From the NCBI GenBank assembly GCA_951406725.2, contig OX597836.1, forward strand, positions 19,406,001 to 19,470,000: a stretch of DNA of 64,000 nucleotides. Direction: 5' to 3'. Both the position numbers and the translations under genes were made by a program. Positions 26,566-40,698 of the stretch are shown piece after piece. The DNA comes from Octopus vulgaris. Its lineage: Eukaryota. Numbering within the stretch: position 1 is the first letter of the stretch; every line of letters starts with the position of its first letter. Below the pieces are notes generated by a model. It saw nothing but the letters and a program-made list of their open reading frames with translations, made no database searches and was not told the origin of the DNA.

Positions 26566-27074
26566 ATATTTCTGTCTATTTATACATGTGTGTGTATATG
26601 TGTGTATGTATGTATGTATGTATGTATGTATATATATATATATATATGTGTATGTGTGTGTGTGTGTGTGTGTGTGTAAATATATATATATATGTGTGTG
26701 TATATATATATAGTTATATGTAATGTTTGTTGAACTTCAACATGGTTGTTCTGTACAAACTGTTATTACTACCTTTATTAACCCCCATTTTTAACCATTG
26801 AGGATGGGCAAAAATAGCCTTGAAACCAGACAGTCTGGTTGTCCTGTCATGTCGCTAGAAGATGGTAGGGGTTCACTCCCCTGCTTGCAATATATATTAG
26901 GTGCAGATTGCACTGATAACCAGCTAGAGGAGGCTTCCCTTTCGGGGCTAAAAATGAAAGCAACGATGGCTCGTATGGAACAGACATGTTGAAGTGGCAA
27001 CAAACATTACTCCTTAGTATAGTTATTACTGTGTGTATAATGTATGTGTGTGTGTATATATATATATATATATT

Positions 27075-27430
27075 CTTTTATTCTGTTTCAGTGTCGCTTG
27101 ACTACGGCCATGCTGAAGCATCACCTTTAGTTGAACAAATCAATCCCAGAACTTATTCTTTGCAAGCCTGGTATTTATTCTATCGGACTCTTTTGCCAAA
27201 CCGTTAAGTTACAGGGACGCAAACACACCAACATCGGTTGTCAAGCAATGGGGGGGGGACAAACAGAGGCACACACACACACATATATATACGAAGGGCT
27301 TCTTTCAGTTTCCGTCTACCAAAGCCAGTCACAAGGTTTTGGTTGGCCCGAGGCTATCGTAGAAGACATCAGTCACCCAAGGTGCCACACAGTGGGACTG
27401 AACCTGGAACCATGTGGTTGGAAAGCAAGC
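27075..27430 (-). mobile_element. Diverged SINE family A copy
   Basis: Similarity to other A copies. Confidence 0.75.
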
Positions 27431-27435
27431 AATAC

Positions 27436-27546
<111 letters not shown>

Positions 27547-27585
27547 TATAGATAGATATATAGATAGATAGAGAGAGAGAGAGAG

Positions 27586-27771
27586 AGAGTTTAACGCTAA
27601 TTTAATACTTTACTGCTCTATACTTTAGTGTATTTATTATTCGTATATATGATACATTGACACACCCGCACTTATATGTGGGTGTGGGTGTGCATGTCAA
27701 TGCATCATATATCCGAACAAGAACTGCACTCTAAAGTATAGAGCAGTAAAGTATTAAAGCGCTAAACTCTA
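27586..27771. repeat. Imperfect inverted repeat
   Basis: tttaatacttttactgctctatactttag mirrors ctaaagtatagagcagtaaagtattaaa. Confidence 0.8.
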
Positions 27772-27904
27772 TGACCAGACTTTAGTGCTTTAATAATAAG
27801 ATAGATAGACAGACAGACAAATATATATATATATATTTAGGTATAAGATAAATATATATTCATGTGTGTGTGCATATATATATATATAAAGAGAGAGAGA
27901 GAGG

Positions 27905-27921
27905 GGTAGATAGATAGACAA

Positions 27922-27960
<39 letters not shown>

Positions 27961-28067
27961 TATAGATAGATAGACAGGTAGATAGACAGATAGACAAATA
28001 GACAGATAGACAGATAGATAGACAGATAGACAAATAGACAGATAGACAAATAGACAGATAGACAGAC

Positions 28068-28114
<47 letters not shown>

Positions 28115-28115
28115 C

Positions 28116-28172
<57 letters not shown>
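27905..28172. repeat. (GATA)n/(GACA)n microsatellite
   Basis: Direct reading. Confidence 0.95.
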
Positions 28173-28788
28173 TGTATGTATGTATGTCTATGTAATAGCT
28201 TGTAGTCCATTTGTTCTCTCGTATCTATTGTTTTGTCCATGAACATGTTTACATATATTTGGTAATAACCTTTTGCATATGTGTGTGCATGCCTATATAT
28301 TGCTGTTTTTTAATATGGGCTGTTGTTGTTGTTCCCTCTAACAGCACATACTACTACTACTACTACTAAGACGTATATTTATACAAATGTGTGCACGTTT
28401 ATATTCGTGTGTCTGCGAATTATGAAAGGAGGCGTGTGTGTGTGTGTGTGTGGAGCACGAAACAAACATTTTTTGTTAATGAACGTTTAACTAGCATAAC
28501 CACGAAATAGTGTGTGCGCGCGTGCGTATGTATTAGAAGGAATTATAAAACTTCCCAGTTTATATAAATCGACGAGAAAGACATTTAGCTCTGCGTGTGT
28601 GTGTATGTGTGTATATGTGTGTGTGTGTGTGTGTATGGTATGTTGTTTGTTTTTATGTTCACTTATAATAAAAGCAAATTTACGCTAATCTGATTGGTTA
28701 CTCTAAGTCCGACGATGGCTTCGGTGGCCGAAACTTCGAAGTCCCTGTCGGTAGTATTCTTGTGTAAGAATAAATAAATAAATATATA

Positions 28789-28844
<56 letters not shown>

Positions 28845-28857
28845 TGGGTTATGTTTA

Positions 28858-28902
<45 letters not shown>

Positions 28903-29007
28903 TGCTCTACATCTTAGAGTGTGTTTCTTCTTTCGGATTTGTTTTCTACAAATATATATACACACACATACATATATACATATGTGTGTGTGTGTGTGTA
29001 TATATAT

Positions 29008-29042
<35 letters not shown>

Positions 29043-29193
29043 GTGTGTGTGTGTGTATGTATATATGCATATATATATATGTATGTATATATATATATGT
29101 ATATATATATGCTAGCATGGAAAGCGGACGTTAAATGATGATGATGATGTATATATGCATGTTTTATTTATTAATTTGTTATGTATATTAGAA

Positions 29194-29250
<57 letters not shown>

Positions 29251-29843
29251 GTATGTATATGTATATATGCATATATATATATATATGTATATATGCATGT
29301 TTTATTTATTAATTTGTTATATATATTAGAAGGTTTATATATATATATATACACACACACATACATACATATATATAGAGAGAGACATATATATATATAT
29401 ATATATATACATACATACACATATATATATGCACGTACACACACACACAGAGTATGTGTCTAGTGTATGTTTGTTAATGTGGAGAGTGAGAGAGAGAGGT
29501 GGGGAAGAAGGAGTGAGGACGACAGAGAGCGAGAAGAGAAGAGGGAGAGAATGAAAGACAGATAGACAAACAAACAAGACAGGCAGAGACACTGGTGTAT
29601 TGTTGCAGTTTTGAGAAGCAAGCAAGAAGCAGCCAATTGATTCGGGGTATTTTTCGAATGTTTAGTATTTAGAAATTATGTCTGATCACAGAATAACCTT
29701 TAACTTACTGTGTCGAGTGCGAGAGAGAGAAAAGGCCGTGGGGTGGGAGAACTATTTGTAAATTAGGGTGTAGGTTTAGGTGGCTCCCATCATGAATAAA
29801 TTACAGGATTTCAGTCTATGTGTTGTGCGATGAGTGACTTTTT

Positions 29844-29849
29844 ACTTAC
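29844..29849 (-). promoter_or_regulatory. 5' splice donor GTAAGT
   Basis: Consensus donor exactly where similarity to PLCL would run on into the PH domain; the reading frame stops two codons later. Confidence 0.85.
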
Positions 29850-30921
29850 CCGTGGTAATGGTTTTCTCGGTTGGCATACTACTAAAAGACACGGTCTTCT
29901 TCCTCAGTGATTTGCGGCTGCTGTTTTTGATAATGCTGCTCCTTCGTGGCAAAGTGGGGAGACTTTCGGTCTCTTCTTCAGACGGTACCTCCTGGTTGCT
30001 GCAAGACGAACAGGTGGGTGGTGGCGGTTGTAGTAGATTGCTGTCGTCGGGAGCCGGGGCACTCCGCGAGGAGAAGTTGTTTGAAGTCTCGTCCATCTGT
30101 GCCGTACCCCCATTAACCGAGTAATGATGGTAACAGTCGGAAAGTTGAGGGTAGGATTCGTTTGATGTGACGCTGTCCTTTCGCGATGTGTAGGACGATG
30201 TCGAGACATCGCTGCCCACTTGGTCGCTGTTGGGGAATGGAGGATTGAGAGAGGAGGATGCAGGGTCGCTGGTTTGAGGCGCTACGACGCCGTTTAAGAA
30301 CACTTCATCGTGTTGGCCTTCTTCATTAGTTGAGGTTTGTTTAGTTACTGGAAGAGCAGTACCTGTGGCCGAGGTAGTTACGTTAGTTACAGGGGTGGGC
30401 ACGTTGAAGTAGAATGGTCCTTGAGACGGACAGATTAAACCATGAGACATTGGAGAAGATGGAAGCTGAGGGCTATAGGACTGATGATGGCAACAATGGT
30501 GTTGATTGTGATCGAGTTGCTGCTGCTGCTGCTGTTGTTGTTGTTGTTGTTGGCAATGATACTGGTGGTGCGAGGTTTCTGTGTCAGTGGCCGATGGTGA
30601 AGGCCTCGGGCTAGATACAGATTCAGCCTTATAATGTTGACCTTCTAAGTTCGTATGAGACGAATGAATGCAGGTACAAGAGAGGTTGTTTGCTCTGGCT
30701 GAGGACAAGGCAGCATTGTCGCCGTCTGCTTGTGTCGTCGGATGAGGAGAAGAAGAAGAAGAAGCAGACTTGGTGCTGCCAATGTCACAGACTCCAACAC
30801 TGCAACAACTGTAAGACGCTGTGGAGGCGACTGTCACCGCCGAGTGGGCAGGAAGGAGAGAAGAAGGTGGTGTTGGTGGCGAATGTGATTTGAGAAGCGA
30901 GTGGTTGTTGGTATCCATCAT
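29850..30921 (-). CDS. PLCL: First coding exon of an inactive phospholipase C-like protein (PLCL1/PLCL2, PRIP family)
   Basis: Long non-microsatellite ORF, relatively GC-rich, ending in LPRRSSIIKNSSRKSLRKKTVSFSSMPTEKTITT. This matches the segment just before the PH domain of vertebrate PLCL1/2 (RRSSIIK...RKKTVSFSSMPSEKKISS). It is followed immediately by a phase-1 donor ACGG|GTAAGT at 29850/29849. In-frame stops lie just upstream of ATG ATG GAT (30921). Confidence 0.88.
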
Positions 30922-30980
30922 CACAGGAGGAAACACGAGTGGCGGAGATTACGCTTGGACAGCTGCGATTTAAGGTCAAC

Positions 30981-31035
30981 CTAAAAGAGAAGACAGAAGA
31001 AAACAATAACAAGGGGACAAGAAACAGGGGAAAAC
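30981..31035 (-). promoter_or_regulatory. Splice acceptor and polypyrimidine tract preceding the PLCL-like exon (exon starts 30980, implying an upstream non-coding exon)
   Basis: Minus strand reads ttttcccctgtttcttgtccccttgttattgttttcttctgtcttctcttttAG|GTTGACC. Confidence 0.65.
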
Positions 31036-31795
31036 GCGCGCGTACCGAAACATGGCACACACACACACACACACACAACAATTAGACAGATACATTAACA
31101 TACACATAGTAAGACACAGATATACACTTAACATATAAACAAGCCACACACAGATTCACATATACACACTTATTAACATACACATGGTTACAGATACACA
31201 CACACTCACTTATTAACATATAAAGTGACGAATACACATTTATTTAAGCCTCACGCACAGATTACACCCTAACGGCATTCTTTCGCAAGCACACTCACAT
31301 AAATATCAAGTCACACACACACACACAGATAGACATTAGCAGAAACAGTCACACACGGATACACACTCATTAACACATAATCACACACCACAATACTATG
31401 TCCGTGAAGACATTTCCACGCTTTGAGACTTGTTTTAAAAAAAAATAATAAAGACTATATATGGATGTATGTGTGTGTGTGTTTGTGTGTGTGTACATAC
31501 ATCAATATGCAGAAATTGAGATATGTATATACAAAAACAAGCACATGCAGACATGTACTACAAACACATACACACTTATGTATATATAGGTCTATATATA
31601 CACCCACTTACATCGAGGAAGCATTGTAAACAGTTGACTTTCGCTATTTCTTCCCCGAGAGCATTGGTTTTATTGTTTAAACATTCACTAAATCTTTGAC
31701 TTAGTCAATAAACAAACACACATACATATATACCTACATATTTGTACAACACGTGTGTGTCGGGTGTGTTTGTGTGTGTAATGGTAATAATAATT

Positions 31796-32087
<292 letters not shown>

Positions 32088-32648
32088 AAGTATAGCATTT
32101 AGTCAGATTTGTGGTTAAGAGTTTGGGATGGGAATGTGAAAGATGAAAATTGCAAGTAAACGACGGTCATTTTTTTGTTGTATTGATTGTCTGGAGAGAC
32201 TGGAAAACTGTCTATGGAATCAAGAAGGTACAGGTAAAAGAAGAAAGAAGATATTAGTGGTTTTACTTGCAGGAATTTCTATGGACTGATGATGGACTAA
32301 CAAACAACCCACTACATTTCTAAGCATCGCCGTTATTATCATGTATCATCATTCTCATTATATAAGTAAAGCTATATACAAGAAACCAAGCATGGACATC
32401 TCAAATAGGAGCATCGAATATAATAACAATAATATATGAATATTATATTATATTATATAGAGAAATATATTTATACAAACCATGTGTTTTATGGTACGTC
32501 TGAAACGGTACAGCTGGGAGATCCGCGCTTTTGAAACGATAGAGATATCATCATAGTCATAATAATAATAATTACAGTTACGAATTGTTGCAGTGGCTTC
32601 TATACCATCTCTCTCTCGCTCGCTCCCTTTTTAATTACCTAGATAGAC

Positions 32649-32686
<38 letters not shown>

Positions 32687-33391
32687 ATAACTCTTGATCT
32701 CTCCGTCTGACCCTCTTTCGGTCTATCACATTATCCGTGTCCGCGCACTCTCTTCCAACTCTTCTCCCCTACTACTCTTTCTTTCTCTCTCTCTCTCTCT
32801 CTCCTAGTCTATGACACTATATCCACTTTCCCTCTCTCTCTCTCTCTCTATCGTATAGCCTTTCTATATATCTATCTCCTCTGTTAATTTAGGTTTTTTT
32901 CTTTTATGTAACTTCTTTCCCCTCTCTCTCAATCACTTTAAACTCGCTCACATCTTTTCTTCTTTTTCTCTTCTTTTCATGCCTTTTATCTCCTTACATA
33001 CACACATTCTCTCTTCCTTGCTTTTCTTCAATGTATTTACGCCTTCTCTCTCACTCACACTTCTCTCGCAATCACTCACTCATACTCTCTATATCTCAAC
33101 CTCACTCCTTCAATCACTCATTAATGCATACATTCTCTTTAGCCTCCGTTGTTCACACTCACTCACCAATCATAACCTCTCCTTTTCTCAGTCACTCATA
33201 CACACACTTTTCCTCACTCTAGTTCTCTCTCAATCTCTCGGTAGTGGTAAAATCTCTCCGCGCTGAATCCAATGACACACACACACACACACACACACAT
33301 ATCACAAATATACAGTTATAAAACTATATACACACACATACAAATACGCACGCACACATAGCTATACTACATATATATATATATACATATA

Positions 33392-33436
<45 letters not shown>

Positions 33437-33790
33437 TTACACTGACATTCAGTCGATGAATACAGAATTGTTAATGTGAAAGAAAATAGTGTTAAAGGGA
33501 AAAAAAATCTTTTGACCGCCCAAATGCAGCTGCTGGCTTTCTCTGACATAAATGTACACACACATAATATATATATATATATATATACATGCATAAACAT
33601 ATACACAAACGTACATACACAACACATATATGCAAACATACATATACTCGCATACAGATACACATACATTATACACATTCATATACACATTCGTATACAC
33701 ACACAGCTACACATGTACAAACACACACAGTAACTTGATATCAATAATATTACACATGTACATATACTATCACACGCCCAAGTATCTATG

Positions 33791-33850
<60 letters not shown>

Positions 33851-36693
33851 CATATCACACACACACATACATGCATAAACATGCGCATATGCATGTAAAC
33901 GGATTGGAGGGAAGGCGACACGTTCACACACATCCATCATGTTCATACACATATACACGTAGTAAATTACAACAGACAGTTACACCAACATACACGTACA
34001 CACAAATATAAGCAGTCACGCACCTAATATCGTACACACACACACATACATACATACATACATAACAGTACAATAACGCACTCAATCAGTCAGTCACACA
34101 CAGTAGCACGCACATAATTACATAGCTATACACACACACATAACCACTTACAATAGCTCACATAATCACACACACATAATCATATCTAGCCACACACACA
34201 CAAAATCATACACGCACACTCACACATCCACAAGGACGAAACAACCAGTTTTTTGCTTACCCTAAGCCGAAAGCTATGTACTTTCGCTTCCACCCAATTT
34301 CTCTACAATTTACATAATTTGCATCAATTCTAGTCTGTCTTTCATTCCGTCAAAGAGGCGGCAGCAGCGGCGACGGTGGTGGCGGTTAGGGTAAATAACC
34401 GGATCGGATCGGATCATGTGCGAAGCCGTATGTTGTGTAGCTCCAGATCCTTTAGTTGGGAGTTCAAATCCCGCCGGCTTCTAATTCTCCTTTTTATCTC
34501 TCTGAAGTCGATAAAATAAATGTTAATTCGAGCATTTTACTCTTTCTTTCTCTCTCTTTCTAATAAATATTTGGCCTTATGCCATTATAAGAGATTGGTT
34601 ATATTTGCTTTATCTTTTACTTTACATCTTTTTTTGTTGCTTTTATTGTTGTTGCTGTCCATAATCATTATCATTAATTATTCTTATGATTGACTTTTAT
34701 TGTTGATGTTATTATTATTATTGTTACCTACATCACCACCATCATCATCACCACCGCTACAACCAGCAACATGGTCATAGTCATCCGTACTACAACTATC
34801 ATTATTACCATCAACATCACCACAACCATCATCATCATCGTTACCATCAGTCATCACCATCAGCATCACCACCACTATTAACATCATTATCAGCAGCAAC
34901 AGCATCACTACCACCACCATCATCTTTATTATCATCACCACTACCACCAACACCATCATCGTCGTCGTCGTCGTCATTGTCATCGTCATCTAATTAGTCC
35001 AATTTACGGTGCCGAATTACCATTGAACCATTTCAAGCCAAAGCAAAGAAAGCCTGTATGAGGTAGCTCGATCCGCTAGAAATAGCAGCCAAATTTCTTT
35101 CAAAACAGTCCAATTGACTTCACAAAACAAAAGAGAAAGAAAGAATGGAAAAAAAGAAAGAAAGAACAAATTGGAAAAGCGTAGTTGCTTAATATACTGG
35201 AAATAAGAGAAGGTGGGGGGTTGTTTACAGTTGAATTGCCTTGTGATCAGAGCAGACTTGACAGTAAACAACAATAACAACAACATCAACAACCACCACA
35301 TCTCATAACTCTACACTACACTACACATTCTTAAGCTACAACAGTACCTGAACCACAACATTGCTATACCATACAGTACTATGTACCAGACTACATACCA
35401 CACCACTACCATCGTACTGTAAAACTGTTAACCCTCTCACTCTCTTCATACAATAACCACTTCATGTACAACCACACATACTAACATCACAAAACCCTCC
35501 TCCCTTACGCAGGAATCCTCTATATGATTGCCTGATTTGCTAAAGTAATCAAAATTCCCTCAAATCACGCTTTGTCACCTTACAAAAAAGATACAGGTAA
35601 ACTTGTTTGAGAAACAGGTAAACTTGTTGGGTACTCACGTAAACAATGCCCTCCACTACAATACAAAAGCCCTCATGTTGGACTCCTCGAATGTTTTACA
35701 AAAATTCTCAAGCATGGGGTTTTATTGTTCATAAAATATACTATAAAGTTGTAACCGAGTTAGTTTAATTAGTCCGCGTAATTAATCACTGTCTTATCGG
35801 CTAATAAAGTATTATTTACACTACACGTATGGAATCCTGTGTTGTCTACAAAAATTCTAAGGTGTGCTCTGTTGTATACCTGTAAAATATACTATAAAAC
35901 AGTAATTAACTCGGTTTAATTAGTCCTTAATTAATCTTAGCAGTCTGAACATACTGATGTTGGTCTTGGGTTCCTTGCACATAGAGAAAAAGTGGAACTG
36001 TCACAACCGGAATGTCTTCGAGTGTGTGTGTGTGTGTGTGTGTATTCGATTAGGGCTGACCGAGGGCTAAACACGTGATCAACAAAAAATCCGTCCTTAC
36101 TTAAGAAGCTTCTACATGATAGTGGCTGGTAAAAGTGATCAATAGAATAGATACCAGGCTTTAAAAAGATAAGTACTGGGGTCACTTGTTTGACCGAAAC
36201 CCTTTGAGGCAGTGCCCCAGCATGGCCACAGTCCAATGGCTGAAACAAGCAAAAGTATCACTTTTCTATATAAAACCTTTCTGTGCTCATTAAATTTGCT
36301 GGACATAGCAACTAAATCTCCCTGAAATCACAGAAAGGACCCATTAGATAAAATGGTTCTGGTGGTGGTGGATCTCCCTTGGTTTTGATAATAAGGGTTC
36401 AGTTGCTTTCTTCAATCAGCCAAATGACCTGTTCCTGAAAAGAAAAAGCAAAACAAAAAAAAAACGTGTAAGGGGTTGATGCTAGAAAAAGTAGTCGAAT
36501 GCCGTCCAATCCGATCTTTCTGTCTTACAAAAAGGGAAGGGCACTTTAGATAATATAGTCGTATGAGGCAGAAGAGTCATAGCTTAAACACTTTGACTGA
36601 CATGGGAGTGGATTAAACAACGCTAACCCAAACGAAGCAAATAATGGGGCCCTCAACAAAGTCATTCGATCTAGTAAAAATAACAGCAAAATT

Positions 36694-37084
36694 TCTCTAT
36701 ATATATAAAGCTGAAGTTGTATGGCAGGTTTGGTAGCCTTCAACTAACACTATCTCCTCTGAGACCCTGCGGCGCAAGTTGACCAAAATTGAGAGTATGA
36801 TAGAAGAAGGCTTGCTCTTCCTTCCATAGAAGAAAAAATTCAAATCGGACCATGTTAACACCAAATATTATTTACATCAAAAGGGGGTGCTTTTTTTTCT
36901 ATGAAAATCCCTATTTTTTAATGATTTTTTTGACTGCTGTGTCACTATTTTACGGTGTATTTCAACCAGAAAAATGTTCACTTTAAAGAGAATAACAAGC
37001 TACATAATGCAAAATTTTTACTTTTCAAAATTCCAATTCTAAAGGGTCGAAACAAACCCAAGCAATGCCGGGCGATACTGCTAG
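36694..37084 (+). mobile_element. Short non-autonomous Helitron
   Basis: 5' TCTCTATATATATAAAG; 3' cccaagcaatgccgggcgatactgCTAG|T, similar to the 3' end at 19139; no TSD. Confidence 0.75.
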
Positions 37085-37455
37085 TTTATCTGTAAATTAG
37101 ATCCTTCCATTACGGTGACAATGTCTTTGATCATGTCTGTATGAGCACATGTGAGGTAACCTAGGGGTAAATAATTAACAGCAACAATAATATTGAACTT
37201 TAATGAGACCAGGAAATGTCAATCAAGGAATCTTGTTCCTATTATTGAACACTTTCAGAATGGGTAGTCACTAGTTCCATTACACACACACACACACACA
37301 AACATGTATGAATCAACAAGGGCACTTATAAAACAGGTGATTGATCTTGTTAAAAACAACAGCTAAATCTCCTCTGAATCATATCTTATCATCTTAAAGC
37401 GTAAGAGATACGTTCATTGATATAGTCCTAGATACATTATATCTGAATAAAAGAC

Positions 37456-37593
37456 AGGCGAGCTGGCAGAAACGTTAGCACGCCGGGCGAAATGCGTAGC
37501 CGTATTTCGTCTGCCGTTATGTTCTGAGTTCAAATTCCGCCGAGGTTGACTTTGCCTTTCATCCTTTCGGGGTCGATAAATTAAGTACCAGTT
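37456..37593 (+). mobile_element. SINE family C, 3'-truncated
   Basis: Family C head and central domain. Confidence 0.85.
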
Positions 37594-38789
37594 ATAAAAG
37601 ACAGGACAGTCATCATTGGAATGCTTTTTGTTCATAGATCTGTTCAGCAAAAGCAGCAATGGCAGACTTTAAGCTGAGGACCCACGACATAGATTTGTGT
37701 TTATGGGACAAAAACTATGTTATTGTTATAGCTGTTGTTGTTTTAAGGCCAAGATCCCTAAATCAAGTAACCTAATGATTAAAGGCATTCCATATGTTAC
37801 AACCCCTTCTTCCAGTCATTTGTAAATAGTATATTTCAACTATTTCAAATGGCACCCTGCCGCTTTAGTCATGGCTGGATTGCCTTTCATCATAGTCATT
37901 CAAGGCTGACCTGAGACTAAATGACATCAACATGTATATGCACAATGTCATACCTTTTTTTACTCATAAATTATCTTTCTAGGAGTACATTGGGAGCACA
38001 GTATGGCTGGATGGTTAAGAAGGTCTTTTCATCAGAGGCATATTTTAGACGGGGGAAATTTACAGTTTACAAGGAATAAAATTCACAGTTTATAAGGAAT
38101 AACATAGAAGAATAAAGGAGTGAAATAGTAAAAGTAGTAAGAAGAATATAGGCAGGCGAATAATGTGAGCCAAGTAGGTTTCTGTCCTCCTCACTTCATC
38201 AGAGATTGGCCTGCATTGCATAATTTGGTCATTGTGCTTATTGAAACATGTGTAAGCTATGAAATGGTATTATCCGACTCCTCTCCGTCCAACATAGAAT
38301 CTATTGTTACCTATTCCAATAAATGTAAACTTAATTACTATTACCTAAATATATATAATCATAACACAGGTCAAAGCCACAAAAACACTAATACCAATAT
38401 TGAAGGCATACACCACACCCACAACCCTAGCACTACAACTAGATTTAACCCAAGATACAAACATCCCTGCCTCCTATGAAAGTCGAAGTATAGCTGAGGC
38501 GAATGTTGATACTAATAGCACCACCACTAATACTAATATTAATAACTCTAATACAACCACCACCACCACCACCACAACAACAATAACCACCACCACCACC
38601 ACCACCACAACAACAATAACCACCACCACCACTACTACTACTACTCCAGTTATTGATAGTGATAATACCATTACTACTGCTAATGATAGTAATAATAATA
38701 ATAATAGTAATAATAATAACAACAACAATTATAATAAGTACCAATCCCCTAATTTCTCCATAAATAGTACTACATCCTCCCTTTCTACT

Positions 38790-39155
38790 AATAACACTCG
38801 TAGGACAGATAGCTGCAACTGCTGCTCCACAACCAAATGCCCATTGCAAGCCCATTGTAGAAGGTTTAATGTAGTATACAAATGTACAGTCCACAACACA
38901 TTGCATAACTCTACTAACTACTATATCGGCTCTACTATTAATTTTAAACAAAGCTAGTCTGCACATTTAAACTCATTTAGATATGAGGAGCATAGCAAAT
39001 TTACCTCTCTAACCAACCATATACACCATCTAATAAATAGAAAGGGACCATAAAGACTATCCTGGGCCATAATAAATTTTGGGGTCCCATACCCAGGTTA
39101 GAGATACACTTGTGGACTATGCCTAAAAGAAGCCTTTGCAATTACTAAATAAACT
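38790..39155 (+). mobile_element. Penelope-like element GIY-YIG endonuclease remnant
   Basis: CNCCSTTKCPLQAHC...VVYKCTV...YYIGSTINFKQS*SAHLNSFRYE...TSLTNHIH...CGLCLKE: typical Cys-rich linker plus GIY-YIG layout. Confidence 0.8.
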
Positions 39156-39810
39156 AAACAAAGCCTTTTCTACATATTGTCATAGGTTTTATCACACCTT
39201 TAAACTCCTCTATAGAACCAAATACAAGCAAAAGCAACATGCATAATGCATCCATTCTCGGTTGTATATATATGCCTATGTATATGTATGTATGTATATG
39301 TGTGTGTGTGTGCGTGTGTGTGTGTGTGTGTACACTCTCTTCTCCATAAATAGTACTGCATCCCCTTTCCACTAATAACATGCATAACATATCCATCCAT
39401 GGTTGTTACAATATATATATATTTCATCTTTAAATATGAAAAATTAAATTTATTAGGTTTTTATTATATGTGCATATACAATTATTTATAGAGATTATTT
39501 TAGATCTTAATTATAATATTTATATACATTTATATATTTTCATTGATAATTTATATATATTAGTCATTTTAAATATTTATGTAATTAGATATAGACTAAT
39601 ATTGATATTAGATTATGGGTGGGTTTCCTACCTTATCAATTAAAATTAATATTTAACATTATAGTCGATTTGGATATAATCATAATTATTAAGTTCTATG
39701 TCTCTAGTTTGATAATAGAGTTTATTATAAGTAAAATTATTATATTATATATATTATTTATATCTTAAAAATATTGTTTAAATATTTCTGATTATATTTT
39801 AGATATTTCA

Positions 39811-39877
39811 ATCACCTGAAGATTGACTGTAACTCGAATTTTTACGAATTGGACAGCCATGAAACGATCGTAGTGTT
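39811..39877 (+). ncRNA. Putative type I hammerhead ribozyme (Penelope-type minimal, palindromic stem III)
   Basis: cac-CTGAAGA-[ttgactgt...acagccat]-GAAAC-GATC-GTA-gtg. Confidence 0.65.
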
Positions 39878-40059
39878 ATACTCATTATCTTTTTTTAATA
39901 ATTTTGATATATATTTAAAATAACATAAATTAATTAATCTTATGTATTGGCTTAAGTTTTTCATTGTATGATTTGCCTAATAGTGGTTTTATCTCTAATT
40001 TAATATAATATATATATATATATATTTACATATATATATACATACATACATATATATAT

Positions 40060-40222
40060 GGCGTTAGGAAGGGCATTGGCGTTAGGAAGGGCATCCAGCT
40101 GTAGAAACACTGCCAGATCTGACTGGCCTGGTGCAGCCTTCGGGCTCCCCAGACCCCAGTTGAACGTCCAACCCATGCTAGCATGGAAAGCGGACGTTAA
40201 ACGACGATGATGATGATGATGA

Positions 40223-40262
<40 letters not shown>

Positions 40263-40698
40263 CCGTTGCTAGTGGAGCGCTAAGAGTACCATACGAGTGA
40301 GATTGTTGCCAGAGCAACAAGCTGGCCTTTGTGCCGATGGCATGTTAAACACACCATTCGAGCGTGATCGTTACCGCGTCGCCTTACCAGCACTTGTACT
40401 GGTGGCATGTGAAACATTCAAGCGAGGTTGTCGCCAGGGCGCTGGACTGGCTCCTGTGCAGGTGGCACATAAAAAGCACCATTTGGGCGTGGCCGTTGCC
40501 AGTATCACCAAACTGGCCCTCATGCCGGTGACATGTAAAAGCACCCATTACACTCTCGGAGTGGTTGGCGTCAGGAAGGGCATCCAGCTGGAGAAACTCT
40601 GCCAGATCAGATTGGAGTCTTGTTTGCCCGACCTCAGTCAAATCGTCCAACCCATGCTAGCATGGAAAGCAGATGTTAAATGATGATGATGATGATGA
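40060..40698 (+). mobile_element. Two family B copies
   Basis: B core and (GAT)n tails ending at about 40225 and 40698. Confidence 0.8.

Noticed and set aside
30922-30936. GTG start given by the ORF track
   Set aside because: Eukaryotic gene; the first in-frame ATG is at 30921.
34684-34989. Met/Val/Asp-rich ORFs (also 47557-47946, 54339-54786)
   Set aside because: (CAT)n/(CAC)n low-complexity tracts.
38400-38790. Thr/Asn-rich mucin-like protein
   Set aside because: Trinucleotide low-complexity sequence fused in frame to a broken Penelope endonuclease; no splice evidence.
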